Assembly: GCF_035687345.1 (NCBI RefSeq)
Contig: NZ_DASRXZ010000124.1
Coordinates: 110-64,109 of the forward strand
DNA from: Microbacterium sp.
GTDB taxonomy: Bacteria; Actinomycetota; Actinomycetes; Actinomycetales; Microbacteriaceae
Length of the DNA: 64,000 bases
Direction: 5' to 3'
Part shown: in pieces, positions 10,282 through 19,559 of the stretch
Layout of the letters: every line of letters begins with the position of its first letter
Position numbering within the stretch: position 1 is the stretch's first letter
Position numbers and translations under genes: made by a program
Notes under the pieces: model-generated
What the model was told of the DNA's origin: nothing
The model's input: only the letters and a program-made list of their open reading frames with translations
Database searches by the model: none

Positions 10282-10740
10282 TCAGCGGCGGCGGTTCTCC
10301 CACTCCTCGACGAGTTCGGGCATCCGCTCGGCGAGGTACCGCAGGAACGCGGCCATGTCACGTGCGCGCGACACGGATGCCGGGGCATCCGTGTTCTCGT
10401 CCGCGATCGTGTCGAGGTACTCGCCGAGCTTCGCATAGAGCGGCGCGTTCGCGATGACCATCGAACGCCACCCGTCGTCCATCAGGTCGTAGCGCGCGAG
10501 GCGATCGCCGGGCTTCGAGAGCCTCTGGATGATGCGCATCGACTGCAGGTACCGCACGGCCCCCGAGACCGCGGCGGCCGACACCCCGAGTCGATCGGCG
10601 AGCTCCGCGGCGGTGTAGCCCTCGTCCGGGGATCCGACCAGCGCCATCATGACCCGCGCCGGCATCCGCGGCATACCGGCCGCGGCCAGCATGGCCGCGC
10701 CCTGCTCGGCGGCGTCGATCCCCGCGTGCTCGTCGCTCAT
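10282..10740 (-). CDS. GbsR/MarR-family winged-helix regulator
   Basis: GMPRMPARVMMAL...TAAELADRLGVSAAAVSGAVRYL; last gene of ABC-2 operon. Confidence 0.85.
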   Translation of the reverse strand: MSDEHAGIDAAEQGAAMLAAAGMPRMPARVMMALVGSPDEGYTAAELADRLGVSAAAVSGAVRYLQSMRIIQRLSKPGDRLARYDLMDDGWRSMVIANAPLYAKLGEYLDTIADENTDAPASVSRARDMAAFLRYLAERMPELVEEWENRRR

Positions 10741-10758
10741 GCTCCCCCCTCCCCGAAT

Positions 10759-12381
10759 CTATCCTCCTGTCGCGAGCTCTCGACGACGCATGAGCCCGAG
10801 CGAGGCGACGGCTCCGACCGCGACGGCGCCCACGAGCCACCAGAGCCCGCGCACGTCGATCGTGTCGCCGTCGACGATCGGCGTCACGGCGACCGGTGAC
10901 ACCCTCACGAGCCACTCGGGGAACCCGAACAGCGGACCGAAGAGACCCAGCGTCATGCCGAGGACGACCAGCGACCACCCGAGCGGGATGGTGATGCGCG
11001 GCGCGAGCACGAAGGCGAGCGCGGTCGCGACGAGGAAGACGGATGCGCCGATCGCCTGCCCCGCGCCGGTGACGACGACGGTGAGCATGAGGTCCCAGTC
11101 GCCGCCGCGCGCGGCGATCCCGAGCGCGGCACCGCCGATGGCGGCCGCGACGACGAGCAGGATTCCGACCGCGGCCACGACGAGGTAGTCGGCGAGCCAG
11201 CGCACGCGCGCGACCGGCGCCGAGAGGACGATCTCCGCGGTTCCGTGCGCCTCCTCCTGACGTGCGCGGCACACGACCTGCACCGCGCAGCACGCGGCGA
11301 GCACTCCGAGCATCGTGAAGAACGTCGTGATCGTTCCCTGCTCGACGCTTCCGTCGCCGGAGATCTGGCGGACGATCTCCTCGATCGCGGGGTTCGACGC
11401 GCCCACCTCCTCGACGATCGATGCGAGCGACGTCGACATGACCCCGGCGATGAGTCCGCCGACGACCCAGCCGATGATGGCCCCCCGCGTGAGCCGCCAC
11501 ACGAGCGCGGTCGGCGATGACAGGGCGACGGATGCCTCGGTCCGCCCGCGCCGCGCGGGGATGAAGCTCTCGCCGAGGTCGCGCGCCGCAGCGAGGGCGA
11601 TCGTCGACCCGGCGAGCACCAACCCCACGCCGACCCCCAGGAGCACCGGCCACCAGAGGTCCTCGTCGAAGGCGCGGGTGTTCTCTGCCCATCCGAACGG
11701 CGACGCCCATGCGAGCCCCGAGCTCTCCACGCGGGAGAGGTCGTCGCTCGGCGTGCCGATCGCGTTGCCGATGCCCGATACGAGGAAAGCCGCGAGCGTG
11801 ATCCACACCGCGGTCGCGTTCGCGGCGCGCGACGTGCGCAGAAGCTGGGCGCACACGAGTCCGACGCCGAGGAAGCACGCCCCGACGCAGGCTGCGGCGG
11901 CGCCCGCGACGACGGCTCCGGCGGTGTCGAGGCCCACCGCGATGTAGGCGAGGGCGACGAGAGCACCCAGCACCACGTTCGCCCCGATGCCGTGGAGGGC
12001 GGTCGCGACGACGGGCATCATGCGTCCCGCCGGTGTCGCCGACACGAGCTCGGCCCGCCCGGCCTCCTCGTCGCCGCGCGTGTGCCGCACGGCGAGGAAC
12101 GTGCTCATGAACGCGGCCAGCAGCGCGAGCCACGGCATGATGAGGAACACCATGAAGGCGCCCTCGTCGGGGCCGGACGGAAGCCCGCGGAAGAGCAGGA
12201 TCACAGGGTTCGCGACCGCCGCCGCGAGCAGCGACGCGCGCTCCTGCTCCGAGCCGTAGGACTGGGAGACGCCGACGTACGACAGGTACGCGAGAAGGCC
12301 CGTGCCGGCCGTCCACATCAGCAGTTGGCGCCAGTCGCGCCGCACGCGCTGCGCCCACAGTATGCCGAGCGCCACGGTCAT
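10759..12381 (-). CDS. ABC-2 type exporter permease (about 12 TM, polyketide/ionophore exporter-like)
   Basis: MTVALGILWAQRVRRDW; duplicated RxxEExG motif (RGDEEAGRAELV, RQEEAHGTAEIV); ATGA overlap with ATPase. Confidence 0.85.
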   Translation of the reverse strand: MTVALGILWAQRVRRDWRQLLMWTAGTGLLAYLSYVGVSQSYGSEQERASLLAAAVANPVILLFRGLPSGPDEGAFMVFLIMPWLALLAAFMSTFLAVRHTRGDEEAGRAELVSATPAGRMMPVVATALHGIGANVVLGALVALAYIAVGLDTAGAVVAGAAAACVGACFLGVGLVCAQLLRTSRAANATAVWITLAAFLVSGIGNAIGTPSDDLSRVESSGLAWASPFGWAENTRAFDEDLWWPVLLGVGVGLVLAGSTIALAAARDLGESFIPARRGRTEASVALSSPTALVWRLTRGAIIGWVVGGLIAGVMSTSLASIVEEVGASNPAIEEIVRQISGDGSVEQGTITTFFTMLGVLAACCAVQVVCRARQEEAHGTAEIVLSAPVARVRWLADYLVVAAVGILLVVAAAIGGAALGIAARGGDWDLMLTVVVTGAGQAIGASVFLVATALAFVLAPRITIPLGWSLVVLGMTLGLFGPLFGFPEWLVRVSPVAVTPIVDGDTIDVRGLWWLVGAVAVGAVASLGLMRRRELATGG

Positions 12382-13337
12382 CGCCCCGCTGCCGCCGACG
12401 TCACGCGCTCGTGCTCGCCTTCGCCGTTCCGCTCGGCGGCGACGTCCTCGCCGTAGTGCCGCAGGAACAGCTCCTCGAGCGTGGGCGGCTGCACGCGCAG
12501 GCCGGCCACTCGCCTCCGGGCCAATTCGGGCAGCACGGATGCCAAGGCGTCGCTGTCGACCGTGAAGCGGGCGCGGCCGGCCTCGAACGCCGGATCGTGG
12601 GCGCCCACGATGCCGTCGAGCGCGGTCGAGTCGGCCGCCTCGAACGACACCTCGGTGCGGGTGAGATGGCGCAGGTCGGCGAGGGTTCCGGACTCGACGA
12701 TGCGGCCCGCACGGATGATCGAGACCCGATCGCACAGCTGCTCGACCTCCGACAGGATGTGGCTCGAGAGCAGGACCGTCGCTCCCGCGTCCCGCACGCG
12801 GGCGACTTCGCGCCGGAAGACGACGTCCATGAGGGGGTCGAGGCCGCTCGTGGGCTCGTCGAGCACATAGAGGTCGGCCGGTACGGCGAGAGCCGCGATG
12901 AGGGCGATCTTCTGCCGGTTGCCCTTCGAGTACGCGCGGCCCTTCTTGCGCGGGTCGAACTGGAACGCCTCGAGCAGCCGCTGCTTCTCGGCGCGGTACA
13001 CGGCATCGCGACGCGAGGCGCCGCGCAGCCGTGCGAGGAAGTCGATCGCCTCTCCGCCGGAGAGGTTCGGCCACACGCTCACGTCGCCCGGTACGTACGC
13101 GATGCGACGGTGGAGCGCGACGGCGTCGCGCCACGGATCGCGGTCGAACACGCGCGCCTCGCCGCTCGTCGCGCGTGCGAGGCCGAGGAGCACCCGGATG
13201 GTCGTCGACTTGCCGGCGCCGTTCGGTCCGAGGAAGCCGTGAATCTGTCCGGACGAGACCTCGAGGTCGAGTCCGTCGAGCGCGCGCACGCGCCCGTAGT
13301 GCTTGTGCAGTCCGCTCGTGCGGATGACTGTCGTCAT
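12378..13337 (-). CDS. ABC transporter ATP-binding protein
   Basis: GPNGAGKS, YSKGNRQK, VLDEPTSGLDP. Confidence 0.93.
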   Translation of the reverse strand: MTTVIRTSGLHKHYGRVRALDGLDLEVSSGQIHGFLGPNGAGKSTTIRVLLGLARATSGEARVFDRDPWRDAVALHRRIAYVPGDVSVWPNLSGGEAIDFLARLRGASRRDAVYRAEKQRLLEAFQFDPRKKGRAYSKGNRQKIALIAALAVPADLYVLDEPTSGLDPLMDVVFRREVARVRDAGATVLLSSHILSEVEQLCDRVSIIRAGRIVESGTLADLRHLTRTEVSFEAADSTALDGIVGAHDPAFEAGRARFTVDSDALASVLPELARRRVAGLRVQPPTLEELFLRHYGEDVAAERNGEGEHERVTSAAAGR

Positions 13338-13358
13338 GTCGGCTCACACTACGCGGAT

Positions 13359-13374
13359 TTCACGAATTTGTGAA
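13359..13374. promoter_or_regulatory. Imperfect palindrome TTCACGAATTTGTGAA, candidate operator in divergent promoter region
   Basis: AT-rich inverted repeat just upstream of TAGTGT -10 (minus strand) of ABC-2 operon. Confidence 0.5.
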
Positions 13375-13459
13375 TAGTGCGAAGCGAGTCCCGCAGAGTG
13401 GGCGTCGCACGACGTAAGGCGGCGATTCGGGCATCCGCTTCGCCATTACGTTTGTGCGC

Positions 13460-14470
13460 ATGGTTCAGCATCGGTACCTCGGAAACAGCGGATTCAAGAT
13501 CTCGGAGATCACGTACGGCAACTGGCTGACGCACGCGTCGCAGGTGGCGAACGAGGCCGCGATCGCGACCGTGCACAAGGCGCTGGACCTCGGCATCACG
13601 AGCTTCGACACGTCCGACAACTACGCGAACACCGCTGCCGAGTCCGTGCTCGGCGAGGCGCTCAAGGGGCAGCGGCGCGAGTCGCTCGAGATCTTCACGA
13701 AGGTGTACTGGCCGACGGGGCCCATGGGTCCGAACGACCACGGCCTGAGCCGCAAGCACATCCTCGAGTCGATCAACGGCTCGCTCAAGCGTCTCGGCAC
13801 CGACTACGTCGACGTCTACCAGGCGCACCGCTACGACTACGAGACACCCCTCGAAGAGACGATCCAGGCCTTCGCCGACATCGTCCGTCAGGGCAAGGCG
13901 CTGTACATCGGAACGTCCGAGTGGACCGCCGAGCAGCTGCGCGAGGGTCACGCGCTCGCCAAGAGCTACGGCGTGCAGCTCATCTCGAACCAGCCGCAGT
14001 ACTCGGCGCTGTGGCGCGTGATCGAGGGCAAGGTCATCCCCACGAGCGAGGAGCTCGGCATCTCGCAGATCGTATGGTCGCCGATGGCGCAGGGCGTGCT
14101 GAGCGGCAAGTACCTGCCCGGTCAGCCGCTGCCCGAAGGGTCGCGTGCGACCGACGAGTCGGGTGCGAACTTCATCAAGCGGTTCCTCGCCGACGACGTG
14201 CTCGAGGCCGTGCAGCGGCTCAAGCCCATCGCCGCCGATGCCGGCCTCACGATGCCGCAGCTCGCGATCGCGTGGGTGCTCGCGAATCCGAACGTGTCAG
14301 CGGCGATCGTCGGGGCGTCTCGCCCCGAGCAGCTCGAAGACACCGTCAAAGCGTCGGGCGTCGCGCTCGACCCCGCCGTCAAGGCCGCGATCGACGAGAC
14401 TCTCGCCGGCGTCGCGATCACCGACCCGCAGAAGACGTACGAGTCCTCCCCGAAGGCGCGACTGACCTGA
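13460..14470 (+). CDS. Aldo/keto reductase (Kv-beta-like)
   Basis: GITSFDTSDNY, IFTKVYW, SLKRLGTDYVDVYQAH, SPMAQGVLSGKY. Confidence 0.92.
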   Translation: MVQHRYLGNSGFKISEITYGNWLTHASQVANEAAIATVHKALDLGITSFDTSDNYANTAAESVLGEALKGQRRESLEIFTKVYWPTGPMGPNDHGLSRKHILESINGSLKRLGTDYVDVYQAHRYDYETPLEETIQAFADIVRQGKALYIGTSEWTAEQLREGHALAKSYGVQLISNQPQYSALWRVIEGKVIPTSEELGISQIVWSPMAQGVLSGKYLPGQPLPEGSRATDESGANFIKRFLADDVLEAVQRLKPIAADAGLTMPQLAIAWVLANPNVSAAIVGASRPEQLEDTVKASGVALDPAVKAAIDETLAGVAITDPQKTYESSPKARLT

Positions 14471-14483
14471 CATCGTAGGAGCC

Positions 14484-14960
14484 ATGGCCGTCACGAGCGC
14501 GGGGATCCTGCTGTACCGGCTGAATGACGGTGCCCCCGAGGTGCTCATCGCGCACATGGGCGGCCCGTACTGGGCGTCGAAGGACGAAGGCGCGTGGTCG
14601 GTGCCGAAGGGCGAGTACGACGAGGGCTCCGAGTCGGCGCTCGACGCGGCCAAGCGCGAGTTCGGTGAGGAGCTCGGCATCGACCCGCCCGAGGGTCCGT
14701 TCGCCGAGCTCGGGACGTTCCCGTACTCCTCGGGCAAGCGCGTCACGGTGTTCATCGCCGACGGGGCGGACTTCGAGCTCGAGGGCCTCGAATACGGCGA
14801 GTTCGAGCTGGAGTGGCCGCCGCGGTCGGGGCGCACGCAGACGTTCCCCGAGGTCGACCGCGTCGAATGGGTGGGCTTCGACGAGGCGCGGGAGAGGCTC
14901 GTGAAGGGACAGCGCCCGGCGATCGACCGGCTCGAGGAGCACCTCGCAGAGGCTTCATGA
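14484..14960 (+). CDS. NUDIX hydrolase
   Basis: Nudix box PKGEY...AAKREFGEELG; HMGGPYW..KD.GAWS. Confidence 0.85.
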   Translation: MAVTSAGILLYRLNDGAPEVLIAHMGGPYWASKDEGAWSVPKGEYDEGSESALDAAKREFGEELGIDPPEGPFAELGTFPYSSGKRVTVFIADGADFELEGLEYGEFELEWPPRSGRTQTFPEVDRVEWVGFDEARERLVKGQRPAIDRLEEHLAEAS

Positions 14961-14961
14961 C

Positions 14962-14993
14962 AAGGGGGCGGATGCCGCGGCATCCGCCCCCTT
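14962..14993. repeat. Perfect 32-bp palindrome, REP-like/terminator hairpin
   Basis: AAGGGGGCGGATGCCGCGGCATCCGCCCCCTT directly after NUDIX stop. Confidence 0.75.
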
Positions 14994-15140
14994 CTCCCGT
15001 TCACCGGGCGTCGTGTGACGTCACGCAGCGTCACACAGCACCTGCCGCCTGTCAGGCATTCGTACGATCGTCACCGGTTTGCCCGCCGGAGCCCTTCCCC
15101 AGGTTCCGCCCCATCCCCGCGGGCACGAACACGGAGAACC

Positions 15141-16592
15141 ATGAGCAACCCCACCGCGTCCGCCGCAGCGGACACCGAATCCGCGTCGAAGCGCTTCTCG
15201 CCGCGCAGGCTGCTCGGCAGCTTCGGCTTCCAGATCCTCGTCGCCCTCGTGCTCGGCATCGTGCTGGGCCTGGTCGCCCGTGGAATCGGGCCCGACGCCG
15301 AGGGCGCGCCGAACGGCCTGGCCGCGACGCTCGACGTCATCGGCTCGTCGTACGTGACGCTGCTGAAGGCCGCCGTCGTGCCGCTCATCTTCACGGCGAT
15401 CGTCGCGAGCATCTCGAACCTCCGCCGCGTCCGCAACGCCGCGCGCCTCGCGGGCCAGACGCTGCTGTGGTTCGCGATCACGGCGCTCATCGCCGTGACG
15501 ATCGGCATCGTGCTGGGTCTGGTGATCCAGCCCGGCTCGCGCGCCGGCGCGGGTCTCGAGCCGAGCGACCCCTACACCGTCGGCTCGTGGTGGAACTTCC
15601 TCATCGGCCTCATCCCGCAGAACTTCCTCGGCCTCCAGGTGTCGTCGAGCTTCGACGCCGAGGCCGGAGCGGTCGCCTCGTCGGTCGGCTTCAACGTGCT
15701 GCAGGTCATCGTCGTGTCTGCCGTCATCGGTCTCGCGGCCCTGCGCGTCGGCAAGAAGGCCGAGCCGTTCCTGTCGTTCGTCGAGTCGACGCTCAAGGTC
15801 ATCCAGCGCGTGCTGTGGTGGATCATCCGGATCGCCCCGATCGGCACGCTGGGACTCATCGGCAGCGCCGTCGTGAAGTACGGCTGGGAGAAGCTCGCAT
15901 CGCTCGGCTGGTTCGCGATCGCGATCTACATCGGCCTCGCGCTCGTCCTGTTCGCGGTGTACCCGATCCTCGTGAAGTCGCACGGCCTCTCGATCCGTCA
16001 GTATTTCTCCGGCGCATGGCCGGCGATCCAGCTCGCGTTCGTGAGCCGCTCGTCGATCGGCACGCTTCCCGTGACCGAGCGCGTCACCGAGCGCAACCTC
16101 GGTGTGCCGAGCGCGTACGCCTCGTTCGCCGTGCCCTTCGGGGCGACGACCAAGATGGACGGCTGCGCCGCCATCTACCCGGCGATCGCCGCGATCTTCG
16201 TCGCGCAGTTCTTCAACATCGAGCTCTCGCCGCTGCACTACGTGCTCATCGCGGTCGTCTCGGTGTTCGGCTCCGCCGCGACCGCCGGCACGACGGGTGC
16301 GACCGTCATGCTGACGCTCACGCTGTCGACCCTCGGCCTCCCGCTCGAAGGCGTCGGCCTGCTGCTGGCGATCGACCCGATCCTCGACATGGGCCGCACC
16401 GCGGTCAACGTCGCGGGCCAGGCGCTCGTGCCGACGATCGTCGCCAAGCGCGAGGGCATCCTCGACGAGAAGCTCTACAACGCTCCGCGTCAGGGCCTTC
16501 CGTTCCTCGACGACTCCGCGGAGGACACCCCCGAGGTGGACCTCGACGCCGAGATCGCGGCGCACGACGACCAGGTGCACGCCGGACGCTGA
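15141..16592 (+). CDS. Dicarboxylate/amino acid:cation symporter (DAACS)
   Basis: SRSSIGTLP, GATTKMDG, LLAIDPILDMGRTAVNV; GGAG RBS before ATG 15141. Confidence 0.92.
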   Translation: MSNPTASAAADTESASKRFSPRRLLGSFGFQILVALVLGIVLGLVARGIGPDAEGAPNGLAATLDVIGSSYVTLLKAAVVPLIFTAIVASISNLRRVRNAARLAGQTLLWFAITALIAVTIGIVLGLVIQPGSRAGAGLEPSDPYTVGSWWNFLIGLIPQNFLGLQVSSSFDAEAGAVASSVGFNVLQVIVVSAVIGLAALRVGKKAEPFLSFVESTLKVIQRVLWWIIRIAPIGTLGLIGSAVVKYGWEKLASLGWFAIAIYIGLALVLFAVYPILVKSHGLSIRQYFSGAWPAIQLAFVSRSSIGTLPVTERVTERNLGVPSAYASFAVPFGATTKMDGCAAIYPAIAAIFVAQFFNIELSPLHYVLIAVVSVFGSAATAGTTGATVMLTLTLSTLGLPLEGVGLLLAIDPILDMGRTAVNVAGQALVPTIVAKREGILDEKLYNAPRQGLPFLDDSAEDTPEVDLDAEIAAHDDQVHAGR

Positions 16593-16608
16593 TCCGGCCC
16601 CGTCGCGC

Positions 16609-16653
16609 GGGCGCGGCATCCGTCTTCCACAGAGCGAGACGGATGCCGCGCCC
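16609..16653. terminator. 17-bp stem hairpin of GGCATCC/GGATGCC family
   Basis: GGGCGCGGCATCCGTCT-N11-AGACGGATGCCGCGCCC after symporter stop. Confidence 0.65.
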
Positions 16654-16679
16654 GTCCCGTTTCCGGCAAGACTGAGAGC

Positions 16680-17516
16680 ATGACCGAACTGCCGCATCCC
16701 CTCGGAGCGTTCGGCGTCTGGCGCCGCCGCGACGGCCTCACGCCCGAGTTCGCGAGCAACGTCGAACGCCTCGGCTACACGACCCTGTGGATCGGCGGAT
16801 CGCCGGGCGCCGACCTCGCCGAGGCGGAGGCATGCCTCGACGCGACAGAGAGCCTCGTCGTGGCGACCGGCATCGTGAACATCTGGCGTGCCGCCCCGCG
16901 CGAGGCGGCCGCGTCGTTCCATCGGCTGGAGGCGCGGCATCCGGGTCGCTTCGTACTCGGCATCGGGTCGGGCCATTCCGAGGCCGACCCGCGCCGGGCC
17001 AAGCCGCTCACCGCGATGCGCGAGTACCTCGACGCGCTCGACGCCGAGGGGGTGCCCGCGGGGCGCCGCGTGCTCGCCGCGCTCGGACCCAAGACCCTGC
17101 GGCTCGCGGCCGAGCGCACGCTCGGCGCGCACCCGTACCTCACGCCGCCCCGCCACACGCGGTGGGCCCGCGAGATCCTCGGGCCGAACGCGCTGCTCGC
17201 GCCCGAGCAGATGGTGATCGCCGAGACGGATGCCGCAACCGCCCGCGCCGTCGGACGCCGGATCCTGCGCCGCTACCTGGCCCTCGAGAACTACGCCGGC
17301 ACGCTGCGGAAGTCGGGCTACGGCGACGACGACCTCTCGGGCGACGGCAGCGACCGACTCGTCGACGAGCTGACGCCGTGGGGCGACGCGGCCGCGCTCG
17401 CCGCGGCGGTGCGCGCCCACCTCGATGCGGGCGCCGACCATGTGTGCGTGCAGGCGCTGCCCGCCGACGGCGACGTGGTGCCCGCGCTCGCTGAGCTGCG
17501 CAGGGCACTCGCGTAG
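16680..17516 (+). CDS. Luciferase-like monooxygenase (LLM) class oxidoreductase, probably F420-dependent
   Basis: VATGIVNIW, RFVLGIGSGH, LAALGPKTLRLA, GAHPY, AGADHV. Confidence 0.8.
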   Translation: MTELPHPLGAFGVWRRRDGLTPEFASNVERLGYTTLWIGGSPGADLAEAEACLDATESLVVATGIVNIWRAAPREAAASFHRLEARHPGRFVLGIGSGHSEADPRRAKPLTAMREYLDALDAEGVPAGRRVLAALGPKTLRLAAERTLGAHPYLTPPRHTRWAREILGPNALLAPEQMVIAETDAATARAVGRRILRRYLALENYAGTLRKSGYGDDDLSGDGSDRLVDELTPWGDAAALAAAVRAHLDAGADHVCVQALPADGDVVPALAELRRALA

Positions 17517-17586
17517 GCTCGCAAGGGGTTGTCGCGCCCGGTTCGAGGCGCGAGACTGTGCGAGTTCCATCCACGAGAGGACGACC

Positions 17587-17958
17587 ATGGCCCACGGCGA
17601 CATCACTCACGTCGACATCCCCGTCACCGACTTCGCGAAGGCGACGGAGTTCTACTCGCGCCTGTTCGGGTGGCAGATCGCCGATGTCCCCGGCTTCGAG
17701 GGATACCCGATGTGGCAGGCGCCCAACAAGATCAGCGGAGGCGCCCTCGCGCAGCGAAGCGAGGGCTTCACGCAGCCCCGGTCGTACGTCGAGGTCGACT
17801 CGATCGACGAGGTCATCGCGATGGCCCGCGCCTCCGGCGGTTCGGTCGCGGTCGAGAAGTCCGAGATCACCCCGACGAGCTGGTGGGCCGCGATCGTCGA
17901 CCCCGACGGCAACGTCATCGGGCTGTTCGAGGGCACGACCGAGGTCGAGGAGTCGTGA
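17587..17958 (+). CDS. VOC/glyoxalase family protein
   Basis: HVDIPVTD...FYSRLFGW; DPDGNVIGL. Confidence 0.88.
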   Translation: MAHGDITHVDIPVTDFAKATEFYSRLFGWQIADVPGFEGYPMWQAPNKISGGALAQRSEGFTQPRSYVEVDSIDEVIAMARASGGSVAVEKSEITPTSWWAAIVDPDGNVIGLFEGTTEVEES

Positions 17959-18461
17959 CGCAGGGGCTCCACGACGGGGTCACCGCAGAGTCGGAGCGGA
18001 AGGGCGTGTGGTTCGGCGACATCTCGTCGGTCGACTTCGACGCGATGGCCGAGCAGACGCTCATCCGCAACCTCGGCATCGAGATCGTCGAGATCCGCGA
18101 TGACGCCCTGGTGGGGCGGATGCCGGTCGACCACCGCACCGTGCAGCCCGCGGGCGTGCTGCACGGCGGGGCATCCGTCGCGCTCGCCGAGACCCTCGCG
18201 TCGTGGGCGGGGTTCCTCGCGATCGACCGCGAGCGATTCCACGTCGTCGGGCAGGAGATCAACGCGAACCACATCCGCCCCCTCACGAGCGGATGGGTCG
18301 TCGGCACGGCGAAGCCGGTCAACATCGGTCGGCGGGCCCACGTGTGGGAGATCCGCATCGTCGAGGAGGGCACCGGACGACTCGCGTGCATCTCGCGATG
18401 CACGCTCGCCGTGATCGAGCAGCGCAGCACGTACGGGCGGCCGGGGGAGCGGGGCGCGTAG
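17955..18461 (+). CDS. PaaI/MenI-like hotdog thioesterase
   Basis: QPAGVLHGGASVALAE, GQEINANHIR; GTGA overlap. Confidence 0.88.
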   Translation: MTQGLHDGVTAESERKGVWFGDISSVDFDAMAEQTLIRNLGIEIVEIRDDALVGRMPVDHRTVQPAGVLHGGASVALAETLASWAGFLAIDRERFHVVGQEINANHIRPLTSGWVVGTAKPVNIGRRAHVWEIRIVEEGTGRLACISRCTLAVIEQRSTYGRPGERGA

Positions 18462-18517
18462 CGCCGGGCGCCTGCGTGCACCGGCCCCTCGACGGCGTTC
18501 CCGCGCCGCTCTTTCGC

Positions 18518-18592
18518 CCGGATCAGGACATCTGGTGACCGCAGGACGATTCGCGCGGGATCGGCCTGTTCAGGCCGGATGTCCTGATCCGG
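18518..18592. repeat. Palindromic MITE/REP-like element, copy 1
   Basis: CCGGATCAGGACATCTGG ... CCGGATGTCCTGATCCGG; shares left arm with 44812..44889. Confidence 0.7.
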
Positions 18593-18685
18593 TAAAGAGG
18601 CGCTGCACCCGCGACGTCCCGTGTCGACTGGTCGTGTATACGTTGCGCCCGCCAATAACCCCCTGATGAGGCATCCGAAGGCCTT

Positions 18686-18696
18686 TGTGTATACAC
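18686..18696. promoter_or_regulatory. GntR/FadR-type operator candidate (TGTGTATACAC)
   Basis: Palindrome GTGTATACAC 30 nt upstream of GntR gene; second half-match TGTATACG at 18635. Confidence 0.6.
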
Positions 18697-18725
18697 TGAG
18701 GACCGGCCGACGAAGGGGGTGACCG

Positions 18726-19559
18726 ATGCGCGCGAGCGACCGCGCCTACCGCACCCTGCTCGACGAGATCCAGACGGGTGCCCTCCCGCCCGGCGCCGTG
18801 CTCGCCGAGGTCGAGCAGGCGACGCGCCTCGGAGTGAGCCGCACGCCCCTGCGCGAAGCGCTCGGACGTCTCGCGGCGGACGGGCTCGTCGTCCAGCAGT
18901 CGCCTCGCGTCACGGTGGTCGCCGACGTCGACGCCGACGACATCCGCGCCCTGTTCGAGGTGCGTCGCGCGCTCGAGGAGTCCGCCGCCCGGACGGCCGC
19001 GCAGCGCGGCGACGGCGCGGAGTTCGCGACCCTCGCCGAGGAGTTCGCCGCGGCATCCGTCGACGGTCCTGACGCGACCGACGACTACTACGCCCTCATC
19101 GCCCGCTTCGACGCGGCCCTCGACGCCGCCGTCGCGAACGACTACCTCACCGCCGCGCTGCGGACCGTGCGCACGCACCTCGTGCGGGTGCGCCGGCTCG
19201 CGCGCGACAACCCCGAGCGGCTCGCGGCGTCGGTCGCCGAGCACCGGCTCATCGCGAGTGCGATCGCCGCAGGCGACGCCGAGCTCGCCGCGCACGCGAC
19301 GCACGTGCACCTGCACAACGCGCTCGCGAGCATCCTCGCTTCGCTCGACCACACCGCTTCGACAGGCTCAGCGACCGGGGCGGGTGCTGGGTCCGGCGAC
19401 GCTTCGACAGGCTCAGCGACCGGGGTCGGTGCTGGGTCCGGTGACGCTTCGACAGGCTCAGCGACCGGTGGGATGGCGGGCACAGGGCCGGTTCCCGAGC
19501 TTGCAACTTCGGTCCCTGAGCTCGTCGAAGGGCCGCGCCTCACGAAAGGAAGAGCATGA
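18726..19559 (+). CDS. GntR family regulator (FCD domain) with repeat-derived C-terminal tail
   Basis: [27 protein letters not shown]; tail of ASTGSATG repeats; ATGA overlap with prpD. Confidence 0.9.
   Translation: MRASDRAYRTLLDEIQTGALPPGAVLAEVEQATRLGVSRTPLREALGRLAADGLVVQQSPRVTVVADVDADDIRALFEVRRALEESAARTAAQRGDGAEFATLAEEFAAASVDGPDATDDYYALIARFDAALDAAVANDYLTAALRTVRTHLVRVRRLARDNPERLAASVAEHRLIASAIAAGDAELAAHATHVHLHNALASILASLDHTASTGSATGAGAGSGDASTGSATGVGAGSGDASTGSATGGMAGTGPVPELATSVPELVEGPRLTKGRA
19356..19533 (+). repeat. Three tandem 45-bp units plus an inverted copy of a REP-like motif
   Basis: GCTTCGACAGGCTCAGCGACCGG at 19356, 19401, 19446; inverted GGTCCCTGAGCTCGTCGAAGGGC at 19511. Confidence 0.85.

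Noticed and set aside
10759-13347. 862-aa ORF fusing ATPase region and permease
   Set aside because: The N-terminal 320 aa are out of frame with the real ATPase; the permease starts at 12381.
15011-15040. TGTGAC...GTCACA as a CRP/GlxR site upstream of the symporter
   Set aside because: Spacing between TGTGA and TCACA is 12 nt, not 6; not supportable as a CRP site.
19356-19490. Possible mini CRISPR array (23-bp repeat, 22-bp spacers)
   Set aside because: Spacers are near-identical, the unit is an in-frame 45-bp tandem repeat, and no cas genes are present.
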